From IMG/VR virus record IMGVR_UViG_3300033553_000338, positions 64,001 to 128,000 of that record: a stretch of 64,000 bases of DNA; one strand, 5' to 3'. Source of the DNA: a virus. The notes under the pieces were generated by a model. That model was not told the DNA's origin and did not search any database. It worked only from the letters and a program-made list of their open reading frames with translations. Numbering within the stretch: position 1 is the stretch's first letter; each line of letters opens with the position of its first letter. The position numbers were made by a program, and so were the translations under genes. Positions 55,859 to 64,000 of this stretch are shown here, one piece after another.

Positions 55859-57139
55859 ATGGAAAGAGATGAGCTGAGAAATTACGTACAGAATTACACC
55901 TTGGACCAATGGGTTCTGAACGGTTATCGTGGGTTCGGACTGATTAGTATGGGGGTAGGGAAGTCTCGCATTATGGCGATGGCCATTGTCCGCTACCTTC
56001 AGGATCATCCGGAATTCGATTATCTGGCCTATGACCATCCTATTGTGATTGTGGTAAACTCTTCGGACCTTCGGGACCGGGAAATACCTAAAGAGCTTAA
56101 GAAGTGGAAGGTTCGGATCAAGGTGAAGATGGTATGTTATCAAACAGCTTATCGATGGAAAAAGAAAATTGGGTTACTCCTTGCGGATGAAGTTGACTTT
56201 GCCTTATCGGAAGGTCAGCGGTACCTTCAAGTCTTTACAAAGTGTACCTATGATGCGTATTTGGCCCTCACAGGCACATTGGTAGAGAAAAAACAAGACA
56301 TTCTCACCAGTGTATTTGGCTTACAGCCGTTCGTGCATTTTCCTTTAAGTGAAGCACAGCGGTATGGCCTGATCAATCAAACATCAATATGGGTTCATGA
56401 AGTTCCTTTAACTCATGAGAAATATCCGGGGGCACCCTACGGAGAAGTAAGTAAGTACAAATGGATCTCTCAAAAGATCCAGGAGATGAAAGATAATCTT
56501 TCAGCCTTCTACGATTACTTGCGTGGCAGTAAATTATCCTATGAGCAGCGGGCCGCTGTCTCGGACAAACTTCAGATCCTCCGAAATCAAAAGGAGTATT
56601 GGGAATCCCGTAAAAGCAATCCGAATAATCGGATGTCAATGATGCACACGGCAAGGTCATTGTCTGACTATGCAAAACTTTTGAAAGATATGATCCTTGC
56701 AAGTTCAATTAACTGTAAGGTGATCGTTTTTGGGGAGCTGACTTCAGAGATTGACAAGATTACCGGGTACGCGTACCATGGTAAGAAAAGTGACGGAGAC
56801 ATCATTGAGCTATTTAATTCCGGGGAAGTCCGGGAAGTGGGAGTCGTTAGGAAAGTGAACAGGGGAGTTAACTTCGAAGACCTAAACAATGCCATCATTC
56901 ATTCCTACACCTCATCGGTGACGAATGCAGCACAGGCATACATTGGCCGGTTAGTCCGGTTGGATCCTTCAGAAGTTGCATCCATTCATTTTTTAGTGAG
57001 CTACTACCTGGATGAAGATGGGGAGAAAATTTATTGCCAAAATCATGAGTGGGTTACAGGGATCTTTAACAGTAAAGAACTGGAACACCTAACACTTAAT
57101 TACTTTGATGGAGCAAGCCTCCAGAAAAATTTATCTTAA
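55859..57139 (+). CDS. SF2 (DExD) helicase
   Basis: MGVGKS, LADEVD, LTGT and QAYIGRLVR. Confidence 0.82.
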   Translation: MERDELRNYVQNYTLDQWVLNGYRGFGLISMGVGKSRIMAMAIVRYLQDHPEFDYLAYDHPIVIVVNSSDLRDREIPKELKKWKVRIKVKMVCYQTAYRWKKKIGLLLADEVDFALSEGQRYLQVFTKCTYDAYLALTGTLVEKKQDILTSVFGLQPFVHFPLSEAQRYGLINQTSIWVHEVPLTHEKYPGAPYGEVSKYKWISQKIQEMKDNLSAFYDYLRGSKLSYEQRAAVSDKLQILRNQKEYWESRKSNPNNRMSMMHTARSLSDYAKLLKDMILASSINCKVIVFGELTSEIDKITGYAYHGKKSDGDIIELFNSGEVREVGVVRKVNRGVNFEDLNNAIIHSYTSSVTNAAQAYIGRLVRLDPSEVASIHFLVSYYLDEDGEKIYCQNHEWVTGIFNSKELEHLTLNYFDGASLQKNLS

Positions 57140-57974
57140 AAGTATGGTTTTAGAAGAATTTGTCAAGACTTGTAAGAAGCTTGGCATCACATTAGACACT
57201 GGTTACGTGCTTTATCGCAACTACCAGAATGGCTACGGGCATATTGCTTCACTGGACACCTCGGTATATAATCAATTGATTGTTGCTGAGATTATTGTGA
57301 ATAGCAAATTGTCACGGAACGCCAAGGAGCTTTTTGAGACTGCGGAGAAAGCTTCCGGTGGCGATACCTTTGATAAGTCAAAAGCAAAGAAGCAAGCCAC
57401 CGCAAAGATCATTAACCCCATAAAAATCAAGGAGATGAAGCCAAGTCCGTTGCTTGATACTATCGTTGAGGCCTTGTACGGGATTTTGATTACAGAGGAT
57501 ATCGCGAAATCTGCAGAGCATAAGAAGCTTCAGGACCGACTACATAAAGGGTTCAACAACTGTGGGGAGATCATTAAATTTTACACCATCTGGCATTATT
57601 TATGGCCGGCTCAGAAGGAGTCGTATAACCAGTCGTGGGCAGACCTGTACCAGGTACGTTATGATAATGTTCCCTTACGGATTGACACTGAAGGAAAACG
57701 GGCAGATTTCAAATACATGGTTGCAAAGCTGGATGCGAGGATCTACCTGTTAACGACCTTCCTCTTCATTAAGAGTGGGGTTAAGTACGCGGAGAAGAAA
57801 ACCTTCATCAAAAAGTATGAACGTTTCAAAACAGAACGGGACCATTGGGTTGAGTATACCCTGGGTCTGATCACAGATCAGGGGGATTCAATCATTAACG
57901 TGTTTGACCCTAACTTTAATCTGGCAAACAGCTCTAACGCACAGGAGAGCTACATCTCCGGAATTACAGTTTAA
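57105..57974 (+). CDS. Hypothetical protein in the replication module
   Basis: Lies between two helicase genes. Confidence 0.7.
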   Translation: MMEQASRKIYLKSMVLEEFVKTCKKLGITLDTGYVLYRNYQNGYGHIASLDTSVYNQLIVAEIIVNSKLSRNAKELFETAEKASGGDTFDKSKAKKQATAKIINPIKIKEMKPSPLLDTIVEALYGILITEDIAKSAEHKKLQDRLHKGFNNCGEIIKFYTIWHYLWPAQKESYNQSWADLYQVRYDNVPLRIDTEGKRADFKYMVAKLDARIYLLTTFLFIKSGVKYAEKKTFIKKYERFKTERDHWVEYTLGLITDQGDSIINVFDPNFNLANSSNAQESYISGITV

Positions 57975-57976
57975 CT

Positions 57977-59104
57977 ATGGTACAATCGCTATTCAAGAAA
58001 AATGTAATTGACTGGATCAATCATGCAAAGAACAACCCCGGGATCCCCTTATCCAGGTCCCCCAAGTTACAGAAGTATATCAATGCTTTACAACAAGGGA
58101 AATCATACCTGGTAGGTGGGAGAGAGTCCGGGGGCAAGCGGTCCTTTGCAGATATGTTCTTTGTGCTGGATGCGTACATCAATTGGCTGGCCCTGCCTGA
58201 AGCAACCCGTCCACCGCTGAAAATCATTTACTTTAACATGGATAAGCCGTTGCACATCAAGATGCAAAAATGGGTTTGCACCTGTATGTGGTTCTTCTAT
58301 GCGGAATTTATTGATATCAATACCTTAACTGGAGGTGCAGGAAGGATTTATGATCTTGATGCAGACACGATCACCAAGATTGAGTCTATCCAGTCCATGT
58401 TTGATACCATGATCAGCTCCGGTATTCTGAGCATTGTGGACGGACGGAAGCGGCCCATCAGTATTTATTCTGAAATTGTGGAAACTGTCAAGCCGTATGG
58501 AGTCCTGGAACAGACCGATTATGCAGAAGCCAAGTTTGTTTACTCGCAGGGGTATGAGAATATGATTACCCTGGCCATCATTGAAAACGTGGATAAACTA
58601 AGTAATGAAACAAAGTCCGGAGAAGCAGGAAATGATTTCCAGCTCCACACTTTGATGAGTAGTTACATGGAATCTGTGAAACGAGTCTACAAGGTGAGTC
58701 CGGTCATTATCATTCCGTCCTTCAAGTTTACAGGAGCAACCCTGAAGAAGGATATGGTACCTGATTACCGGGAGTTTCAGAATTACTACAGGGATGCGGA
58801 TGTTGCAATCAATTGCTTCAACCCCTCCATGTACCGAGACATTGGCTCTGACTGGCATGGGTACTCTATTGTGGACCTGATCACCAAGCCGGATAACATC
58901 GGCAGGTTCCGGACCATCCACATTCTTCGCAACACCAACGGGGTGGATAACATTGTTATCCCTTATCTGTTCTACCCGGAGAATGGAGTCTTTGAAGAGC
59001 TTATTTCTCCCAACGATCCCAGGTACCCAGAGTTCCAGCAAAACTTATCGAAGTTCAAAGTCGATTACATTAATTACAAAAATTCATTAACCGTAAATTC
59101 ATAA
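57977..59104 (+). CDS. Divergent DnaB-like helicase
   Basis: GIPL...YLVGGRESGGKRSF, IIYFNMD, RDADVAI..FNP and ILRN; catalytic motifs degenerate. Confidence 0.65.
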   Translation: MVQSLFKKNVIDWINHAKNNPGIPLSRSPKLQKYINALQQGKSYLVGGRESGGKRSFADMFFVLDAYINWLALPEATRPPLKIIYFNMDKPLHIKMQKWVCTCMWFFYAEFIDINTLTGGAGRIYDLDADTITKIESIQSMFDTMISSGILSIVDGRKRPISIYSEIVETVKPYGVLEQTDYAEAKFVYSQGYENMITLAIIENVDKLSNETKSGEAGNDFQLHTLMSSYMESVKRVYKVSPVIIIPSFKFTGATLKKDMVPDYREFQNYYRDADVAINCFNPSMYRDIGSDWHGYSIVDLITKPDNIGRFRTIHILRNTNGVDNIVIPYLFYPENGVFEELISPNDPRYPEFQQNLSKFKVDYINYKNSLTVNS

Positions 59105-59108
59105 TTGA

Positions 59109-60137
59109 ATGGATCTAAAATTAAATGGAACAGTTAATTCTGTTCAAGAAACCCCTCAGAAACCTGCAGGTGGTTTAAAGTTATTGTTGGAGACAGCTCC
59201 TCAAACCACTCAGGCTACCGAAGAAGTACCTGTTAAGGAAGAGGCACCTGTTAAGGAAGAAACACCCGTTCAAGTAGAAGCACCGGTACAGGAGAAGGCC
59301 CCTGAGCCCCAGGTGGAGACTGTGGTGAAAGAGCCGTTAACGATGACTGGAAATCTATCTGCAAAGAAGATCTCAGCAATCCCACCGGCCCAGACATTTC
59401 AGCAGGAACAGAACAAGGAGCTTGCCGTGAGGGAAACCTCCAATGAGCTTGTCGAGCTGAAGCCGGATGATATCAGCAACATTGAGTTTGACCCGGGCAT
59501 GGGACTGGGCAAGCTGACCTTTGTGGCCAGACAAATGTTGGACAGTGGGTTACTGCCTAAAAACATCACAGAGCCTGGTCAGGTGATTGCTATTGGCCAG
59601 ATGGGACATGACTTGAAGATTAGCTGGATGTCTGCCCTACAGCATATTGATAACATCCAGGGGAAGCCTACACTATCGTATCGCCTGGTCATCGCCCTGC
59701 TGAACCGTGCAGGGTATCGTGTCAAGTTGCTGAAGAATTATGCGACTGAGAAGTATGATGATGGTAATTGGGACATCGTTACAGAAATGGAGCTGATCGA
59801 TATGAACCTCTTTGAGAAGATGAAGAAGGAAGCCACAGAGATCGCGAAGCTTCCCGAGGATGTACGCACCTTCATGGCCCCGATGCTTGCAAACATGGCC
59901 ACCGTATTTAGTCGGAAGTTTGAGTTCCGGTATACCGATGCCATTTCTGCAAAGCTAATGGATAAGAAGAATTACCAGGAGCGTCCCCGTGACATGTTTC
60001 GGGCAAGATGTGTGACAGGGATGGTTAGGATGTATATTCCTGAGGTAACCATGGCCTTTTACGAAACTTCGGAGATCCATCCCGATGTTTACCCTGAAGG
60101 ATCCGCTGAGGATACTTTATACGAAGAGGTGAATTAA
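59109..60137 (+). CDS. RecT/Bet-like single-strand annealing protein with disordered N-terminus
   Basis: IQGKPTL...FRYTDA...NYQERPRDMFRAR...PEV. Confidence 0.7.
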   Translation: MDLKLNGTVNSVQETPQKPAGGLKLLLETAPQTTQATEEVPVKEEAPVKEETPVQVEAPVQEKAPEPQVETVVKEPLTMTGNLSAKKISAIPPAQTFQQEQNKELAVRETSNELVELKPDDISNIEFDPGMGLGKLTFVARQMLDSGLLPKNITEPGQVIAIGQMGHDLKISWMSALQHIDNIQGKPTLSYRLVIALLNRAGYRVKLLKNYATEKYDDGNWDIVTEMELIDMNLFEKMKKEATEIAKLPEDVRTFMAPMLANMATVFSRKFEFRYTDAISAKLMDKKNYQERPRDMFRARCVTGMVRMYIPEVTMAFYETSEIHPDVYPEGSAEDTLYEEVN

Positions 60138-60248
60138 ATTCGTATAACACTTCTTAATCACCATTATTTTCTTAAATTTGTATCCCCCTCATGAGAGTAT
60201 GAGTGGGGATACCTTTTGTATTTAAAACCAATTTTAAATTTTTATAGT

Positions 60249-61169
60249 ATGTCAAATTTATTTAGGAACTGGAAAGACACCAACACTTCAAATCGTTTAG
60301 AGTATGGAATTCACGAGAACGTAGCAATCAAAGATATTGATACAAAGGCTCGTAAAAAGAATGACGGTTCTGTCATGCGCGTTGCAATGTTTATCACGTA
60401 CACCAAGGTGGACGAGCAACGTAGACCTCTCGCGGAGATTGAGGAATTTTTGTTCTGGCCAAAGTTTGATTCGAAGCTTGGAGCTTTGAAATCGCTGTTC
60501 TTGTACATCAATCACCTGTCAATGATCCTGTCATGTTATTATAACCCTGACGAGGTTACCGATGCTTTTGATAAGCTAATCTCAGATGAGGGCTTCAAAA
60601 CACCGGAGGATGTTGAAAAGAAGTTGAACTCAGAGAAGGCAATGAAAGCGATTGTACTGAAGATCAACGAAGCATTTGAATCTTTTGGAACACCATTGAC
60701 TGGCCTTACATCGGAGTATTTGTTCCGTCTGAAGGTAACGTGTCAGGACAACGGTCTGGGAGTGGAGATCCCAAATAGTGGCTTCATTGAAGCTATGAAA
60801 GTCCCGGTTGCACAGTCTACCCTGCAGATGACTCAGCGGGACGTTCGTGCGAAACAGGAAGCGGACAAGCCAAAGGTTAATAATAACCTTGCCCAAGGTT
60901 CGATGCCGGGTATGCCAGGAATGCCGGGTATGCCTAATATTCCAGGATCGGCTCCCGGGGTTGTTCCCGGAGCAGTACCCGCTGCCCCACCAGCAGCAAC
61001 AGTACCTCCAGCAGGAGTGCCTACAGCAATCCCCGGAGCAGTAGCTCCATCGATTCCACAGGCCACGCCAGCAGCACCGGTACAGGCTACCATGCCTATG
61101 CCTGATACTGTGACACCGGTAGCCCAAGTAGCACCACCGACACAGCCTTTTCTGAACGCAGGAGCTTAA
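60249..61169 (+). CDS. Hypothetical replication protein (SSB-like candidate) with Pro/Ala tail
   Basis: Own promoter motif (60139) and terminator; MPG repeats. Confidence 0.6.
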   Translation: MSNLFRNWKDTNTSNRLEYGIHENVAIKDIDTKARKKNDGSVMRVAMFITYTKVDEQRRPLAEIEEFLFWPKFDSKLGALKSLFLYINHLSMILSCYYNPDEVTDAFDKLISDEGFKTPEDVEKKLNSEKAMKAIVLKINEAFESFGTPLTGLTSEYLFRLKVTCQDNGLGVEIPNSGFIEAMKVPVAQSTLQMTQRDVRAKQEADKPKVNNNLAQGSMPGMPGMPGMPNIPGSAPGVVPGAVPAAPPAATVPPAGVPTAIPGAVAPSIPQATPAAPVQATMPMPDTVTPVAQVAPPTQPFLNAGA

Positions 61170-61183
61170 TCACTTAAAACAAT

Positions 61184-61216
61184 GCCCCTCAGTGCAATTA
61201 CTGAGGGGCTTTTTTA
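61184..61216 (+). terminator. Rho-independent terminator
   Basis: GCCCCTCAGT-GCAATT-ACTGAGGGGC plus T-run. Confidence 0.85.
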
Positions 61217-61219
61217 CCT

Positions 61220-62296
61220 ATGCTTACTCTAAAAGACATACAACAATACGTTTACGAGTCAAGCGATGTAAGGCTTTCCCTGTTACAGGACACCAATGAT
61301 TATACCATTTTCTGTCATTTCATCGGCAGGAACATATTGCCCGGAGAGTTTATTCATTCCCCTATCAGGCATGACAATACTCCCTCTTTTAACATCTATT
61401 ATTCAAGAGATCCTAAATGGGATGATCAGATGATGTTTAAAGATTATAGTGGGCCATCTGGAAATGTTTTTCAGTTTGTTCAACATTGGGCCATGTACCA
61501 TGAGGGGATTCCACTGGGATCCAATCAGGAGATTGTAATGTATATCAAAGGGAAACTTGGGATATCTACTGGCGTAATTTCCAGAAAGATAACAACACCT
61601 GAAAAACCGGAGTCTTCCGAGTATTTGATCTCTGTGTATCCAAAGTATCAGACACAGCATTTGGAATACTTGAATGATCTTGGGATTGATCTTGAGCTTG
61701 CAGAACATGTGTATTTCACGAAAGCCTGTGAATCCCTTATGGATGAATACCAAAGGGTTATACAGCAATTCCGTGGAACAACAACGTTTGCTTACATTAT
61801 TTACAATAAATTTAAACTGTACCAACCTTACGAAGAGAACTTCAAGAAGTTCTTTAACCATTGCCCTGCAAACTATGTACAGGGGTTTCCCCAGTGCAGA
61901 GTTATTGGCCAGGACACTTTGATGATCACCAAATCCTTTAAGGATATTCTGGTAGTCCAAAGCCATATAGAGGAATGGTTAGACATCATTGCCCCACACG
62001 GAGAAGGGTATAACATTTCCCCGGAGTGGATCGAATGGTACTTGCAGTATAAGCGAATCATTATCATGTATGACCCGGATTTAGCTGGACTGAAGGGGTT
62101 GAACCGGATCAGGAAAGCAATTCTGAGCCATCCAAAGTACTCCGGGCAAGAGGTCCTGGTAAGATTTATCTGGGAAGGTGCCAGAACACTTAGGGATGGG
62201 AAGATGGTTGTACCTGTTAAGGACCCCGCAGAGTATCGATTAATATATGGACGTACAAAAACTGAAGAAAGACTAAAACAAATCATTTATGGGTAG
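61220..62296 (+). CDS. DNA primase (crAss-type, TOPRIM)
   Basis: SPIRHDNTPSF, ITKSFKD, MYDPDLAG and KDPAEY. Confidence 0.85.
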   Translation: MLTLKDIQQYVYESSDVRLSLLQDTNDYTIFCHFIGRNILPGEFIHSPIRHDNTPSFNIYYSRDPKWDDQMMFKDYSGPSGNVFQFVQHWAMYHEGIPLGSNQEIVMYIKGKLGISTGVISRKITTPEKPESSEYLISVYPKYQTQHLEYLNDLGIDLELAEHVYFTKACESLMDEYQRVIQQFRGTTTFAYIIYNKFKLYQPYEENFKKFFNHCPANYVQGFPQCRVIGQDTLMITKSFKDILVVQSHIEEWLDIIAPHGEGYNISPEWIEWYLQYKRIIIMYDPDLAGLKGLNRIRKAILSHPKYSGQEVLVRFIWEGARTLRDGKMVVPVKDPAEYRLIYGRTKTEERLKQIIYG

Positions 62297-62690
62297 CAAA
62301 AGGAACAGACAGGCTGGCAATAAGTATGAAGTTGACCTGGTGAATGAACTTAAGAGCATGGCGTATAGTGTAGTAACCTCTCGTAGCGAGAGCCGAAACA
62401 TGGATAACAAGAAGGTGGATGTTTTTTCTCCACCAGGTACAGCGGAGAGTGAGGTATTTCCTTACTATATTCAGGCAAAATTTACCAGTGTGAGTCCATC
62501 GTATGCAACCTTACTTTCAACAATGCCCAGTGACCGGCCAGGCCTGGTGTTCCATAAGAAAGCAGAATCCTATAAGTGTAAGGATGATAAAGTACGTCAT
62601 CGTAGTGTTGGAGAATTTGTAATTATGACAAAAGAATTATTTTATGAGCTACTCAAGCGCAAAACTGGAGAAAGCGAAGAAGCTGTTTGA
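62289..62690 (+). CDS. PD-(D/E)xK nuclease / Holliday junction resolvase-like
   Basis: GNKYE...SRSESRNMDNKKVD...IQAK. Confidence 0.78.
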   Translation: MGSKRNRQAGNKYEVDLVNELKSMAYSVVTSRSESRNMDNKKVDVFSPPGTAESEVFPYYIQAKFTSVSPSYATLLSTMPSDRPGLVFHKKAESYKCKDDKVRHRSVGEFVIMTKELFYELLKRKTGESEEAV

Positions 62691-62883
62691 CTTCGTTATT
62701 CAAGGGAATGAAAAAGTAGAAGATCTAAACCTGCTTCGCGGGGAACTGAAAGCTTCTGTAGATGCACTGTCGTCTGCGGAAGTTGTCGAACTAGGTGCCT
62801 ACGTGTTCCCTAAACTCTTATCAGACAGAGACGACAATATTGTTGAAGCATTAATTTATAAACTAAAAATTCAAAATGAGTAA
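62644..62883 (+). CDS. Hypothetical protein
   Basis: Coupled ORF. Confidence 0.55.
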   Translation: MSYSSAKLEKAKKLFDFVIQGNEKVEDLNLLRGELKASVDALSSAEVVELGAYVFPKLLSDRDDNIVEALIYKLKIQNE

Positions 62884-64000
62884 TCCTGTATTGAATTTTA
62901 TCAACCGTACACAAACGGCACAACCTGTTGATCCCGGTAATACCCCACAAGGTCCCCAGGACAGCACACCATTACCAACCCTTCGGTTGCCTGGGATGAA
63001 GATAAATCCTATAGAAAGTCAGGATGCCGGAAGCCCCGTTATGGGTGTTCCCGGAAGCCCGTCAGGAGCTACACAGCTTCCCTCCATGGGGAGCAAGCCT
63101 ACTGTTCAGGTACCCGTTCAGGAAACTCCTGCACCAGCTCCTGTTAAAGAGGAACCCGCTGTATTACCCGTAGTTGAGAAAAAAGCCCCGGAACCTGTTG
63201 TAGAAGCTAAGGCCATCCCTGCACTGGAAACATTGATGAACGCCCCTGAAAGCTTTAACAGTATTTCTGATTTCATGGATACCACGGAAACCGTGCCGGC
63301 AGAAGCCGTAGAACACCCTGAGGTTGAGGCTGTAGAAAAACCTGAGCCCGTGGAACCCCCGGTTGTTGAGGTTCCTGCACCTGTTGAAGAAGTTAAAACA
63401 GCTGCCCCGAAATTACCCTTCTTAAAGCTTGGTAACTCGGGACCAATCCCCAAAGGGATTCCCGGGCTAAGTGTTGAACAAGAAGGGATCCCCGGACTGA
63501 ATGTTTCGGATACTCCCAAAGCACCCGGACTGCTTGCCTCTATGAAAAATCCTTTTGGCCAAGGGCCAGTAGGAAAGTACAAGATTGAGCTGACAGCCGA
63601 TGCTACAGAGGAACAGAGGGCAATCGCGAACTCGGGCAAGGATATCGAAAGCATGTCCCAGGATGAACTTAGGGGGGTGTACTTCATGATCAATGCTGGT
63701 CATGCTGCTCAGCACATCTATTCTGCCTCAACAATTAACCACATTGCAAAAACCGGCAGACACCCGAGTGAAGAGGACAAGGAGTTCAATAAAACGGAAT
63801 GGACCTTTATTGGCAATGGTGTGCATAATGCTGTGGAAACTAAAGGTAAGAGCCTGAAGAAGCTGTTCCACTTTGGCAACATTGGAGAAGTTCCTGTAAA
63901 GCCTGAAACAAGTTTGTCCAAGGATCACCAGGACATGATGCGTGAAATGATTGTCAATGGACTGAGTTCCGTGGAAGCTTACATCAAAGTGAAGGACAAC
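62876..64000 (+). CDS. Partial CDS: long Pro-rich N-terminus followed by a probable RecE/PD-(D/E)xK exonuclease domain
   Basis: ATG 62876, open to the window edge; YSASTI...IGNGVHNAVE resembles the start of RecE-like nucleases. Confidence 0.55.
   Translation, partial: MSNPVLNFINRTQTAQPVDPGNTPQGPQDSTPLPTLRLPGMKINPIESQDAGSPVMGVPGSPSGATQLPSMGSKPTVQVPVQETPAPAPVKEEPAVLPVVEKKAPEPVVEAKAIPALETLMNAPESFNSISDFMDTTETVPAEAVEHPEVEAVEKPEPVEPPVVEVPAPVEEVKTAAPKLPFLKLGNSGPIPKGIPGLSVEQEGIPGLNVSDTPKAPGLLASMKNPFGQGPVGKYKIELTADATEEQRAIANSGKDIESMSQDELRGVYFMINAGHAAQHIYSASTINHIAKTGRHPSEEDKEFNKTEWTFIGNGVHNAVETKGKSLKKLFHFGNIGEVPVKPETSLSKDHQDMMREMIVNGLSSVEAYIKVKDN

Noticed and set aside
206-63928. Numerous 60-190 aa antisense or alternative-frame ORFs in the track
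   Set aside because: They lie inside well-supported longer genes and have no motifs; treated as shadow ORFs.
1-64000. Stop-codon reassignment (common in crAss-like phages)
   Set aside because: Large genes are intact in the standard code, and TAG/TGA end genes at sensible positions. The apparent ORF gap at 1-2645 is just a gene running off the window.

Overview
A 64-kb segment of a large dsDNA tailed phage that looks crAss-like (Crassvirales-type terminase, portal, primase, RepL-like and PD-(D/E)xK genes). It uses the standard genetic code. The host is probably a Bacteroidota, judged from TTTG-N19-TAnnTTTG promoters and a tmRNA tag starting with Gly. Positions 1-15.5 kb are a minus-strand late/packaging arm: tail fibre (cut off by the window), portal, tandem GroES, TerL, amidase. 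An oppositely oriented type Ib partition cassette (iterons + ParA + RHH protein) sits inside this arm. After a strand-switch intergenic region (~15.5-15.9 kb) comes a plus-strand early/replication arm. It carries many small hypothetical genes, two PAPS-reductase-family proteins, an inverted GroEL, rIIA/rIIB, DNA ligase, DEDD exonuclease, C5 methyltransferase, ArdC, helicases, PolA, RecT-like protein, primase and a resolvase. The most unusual part is the non-coding island at 29.38-31.67 kb. It holds a circularly permuted, very compact two-piece tmRNA, one canonical tRNA-Ser and two aberrant tRNA-like genes. It also holds four oversized (128-174 nt) tRNA-like RNAs whose anticodon or variable regions are replaced by large folded domains, plus several free-standing structured RNAs. 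All family assignments come from motif recognition by eye; no database search or folding program was run.
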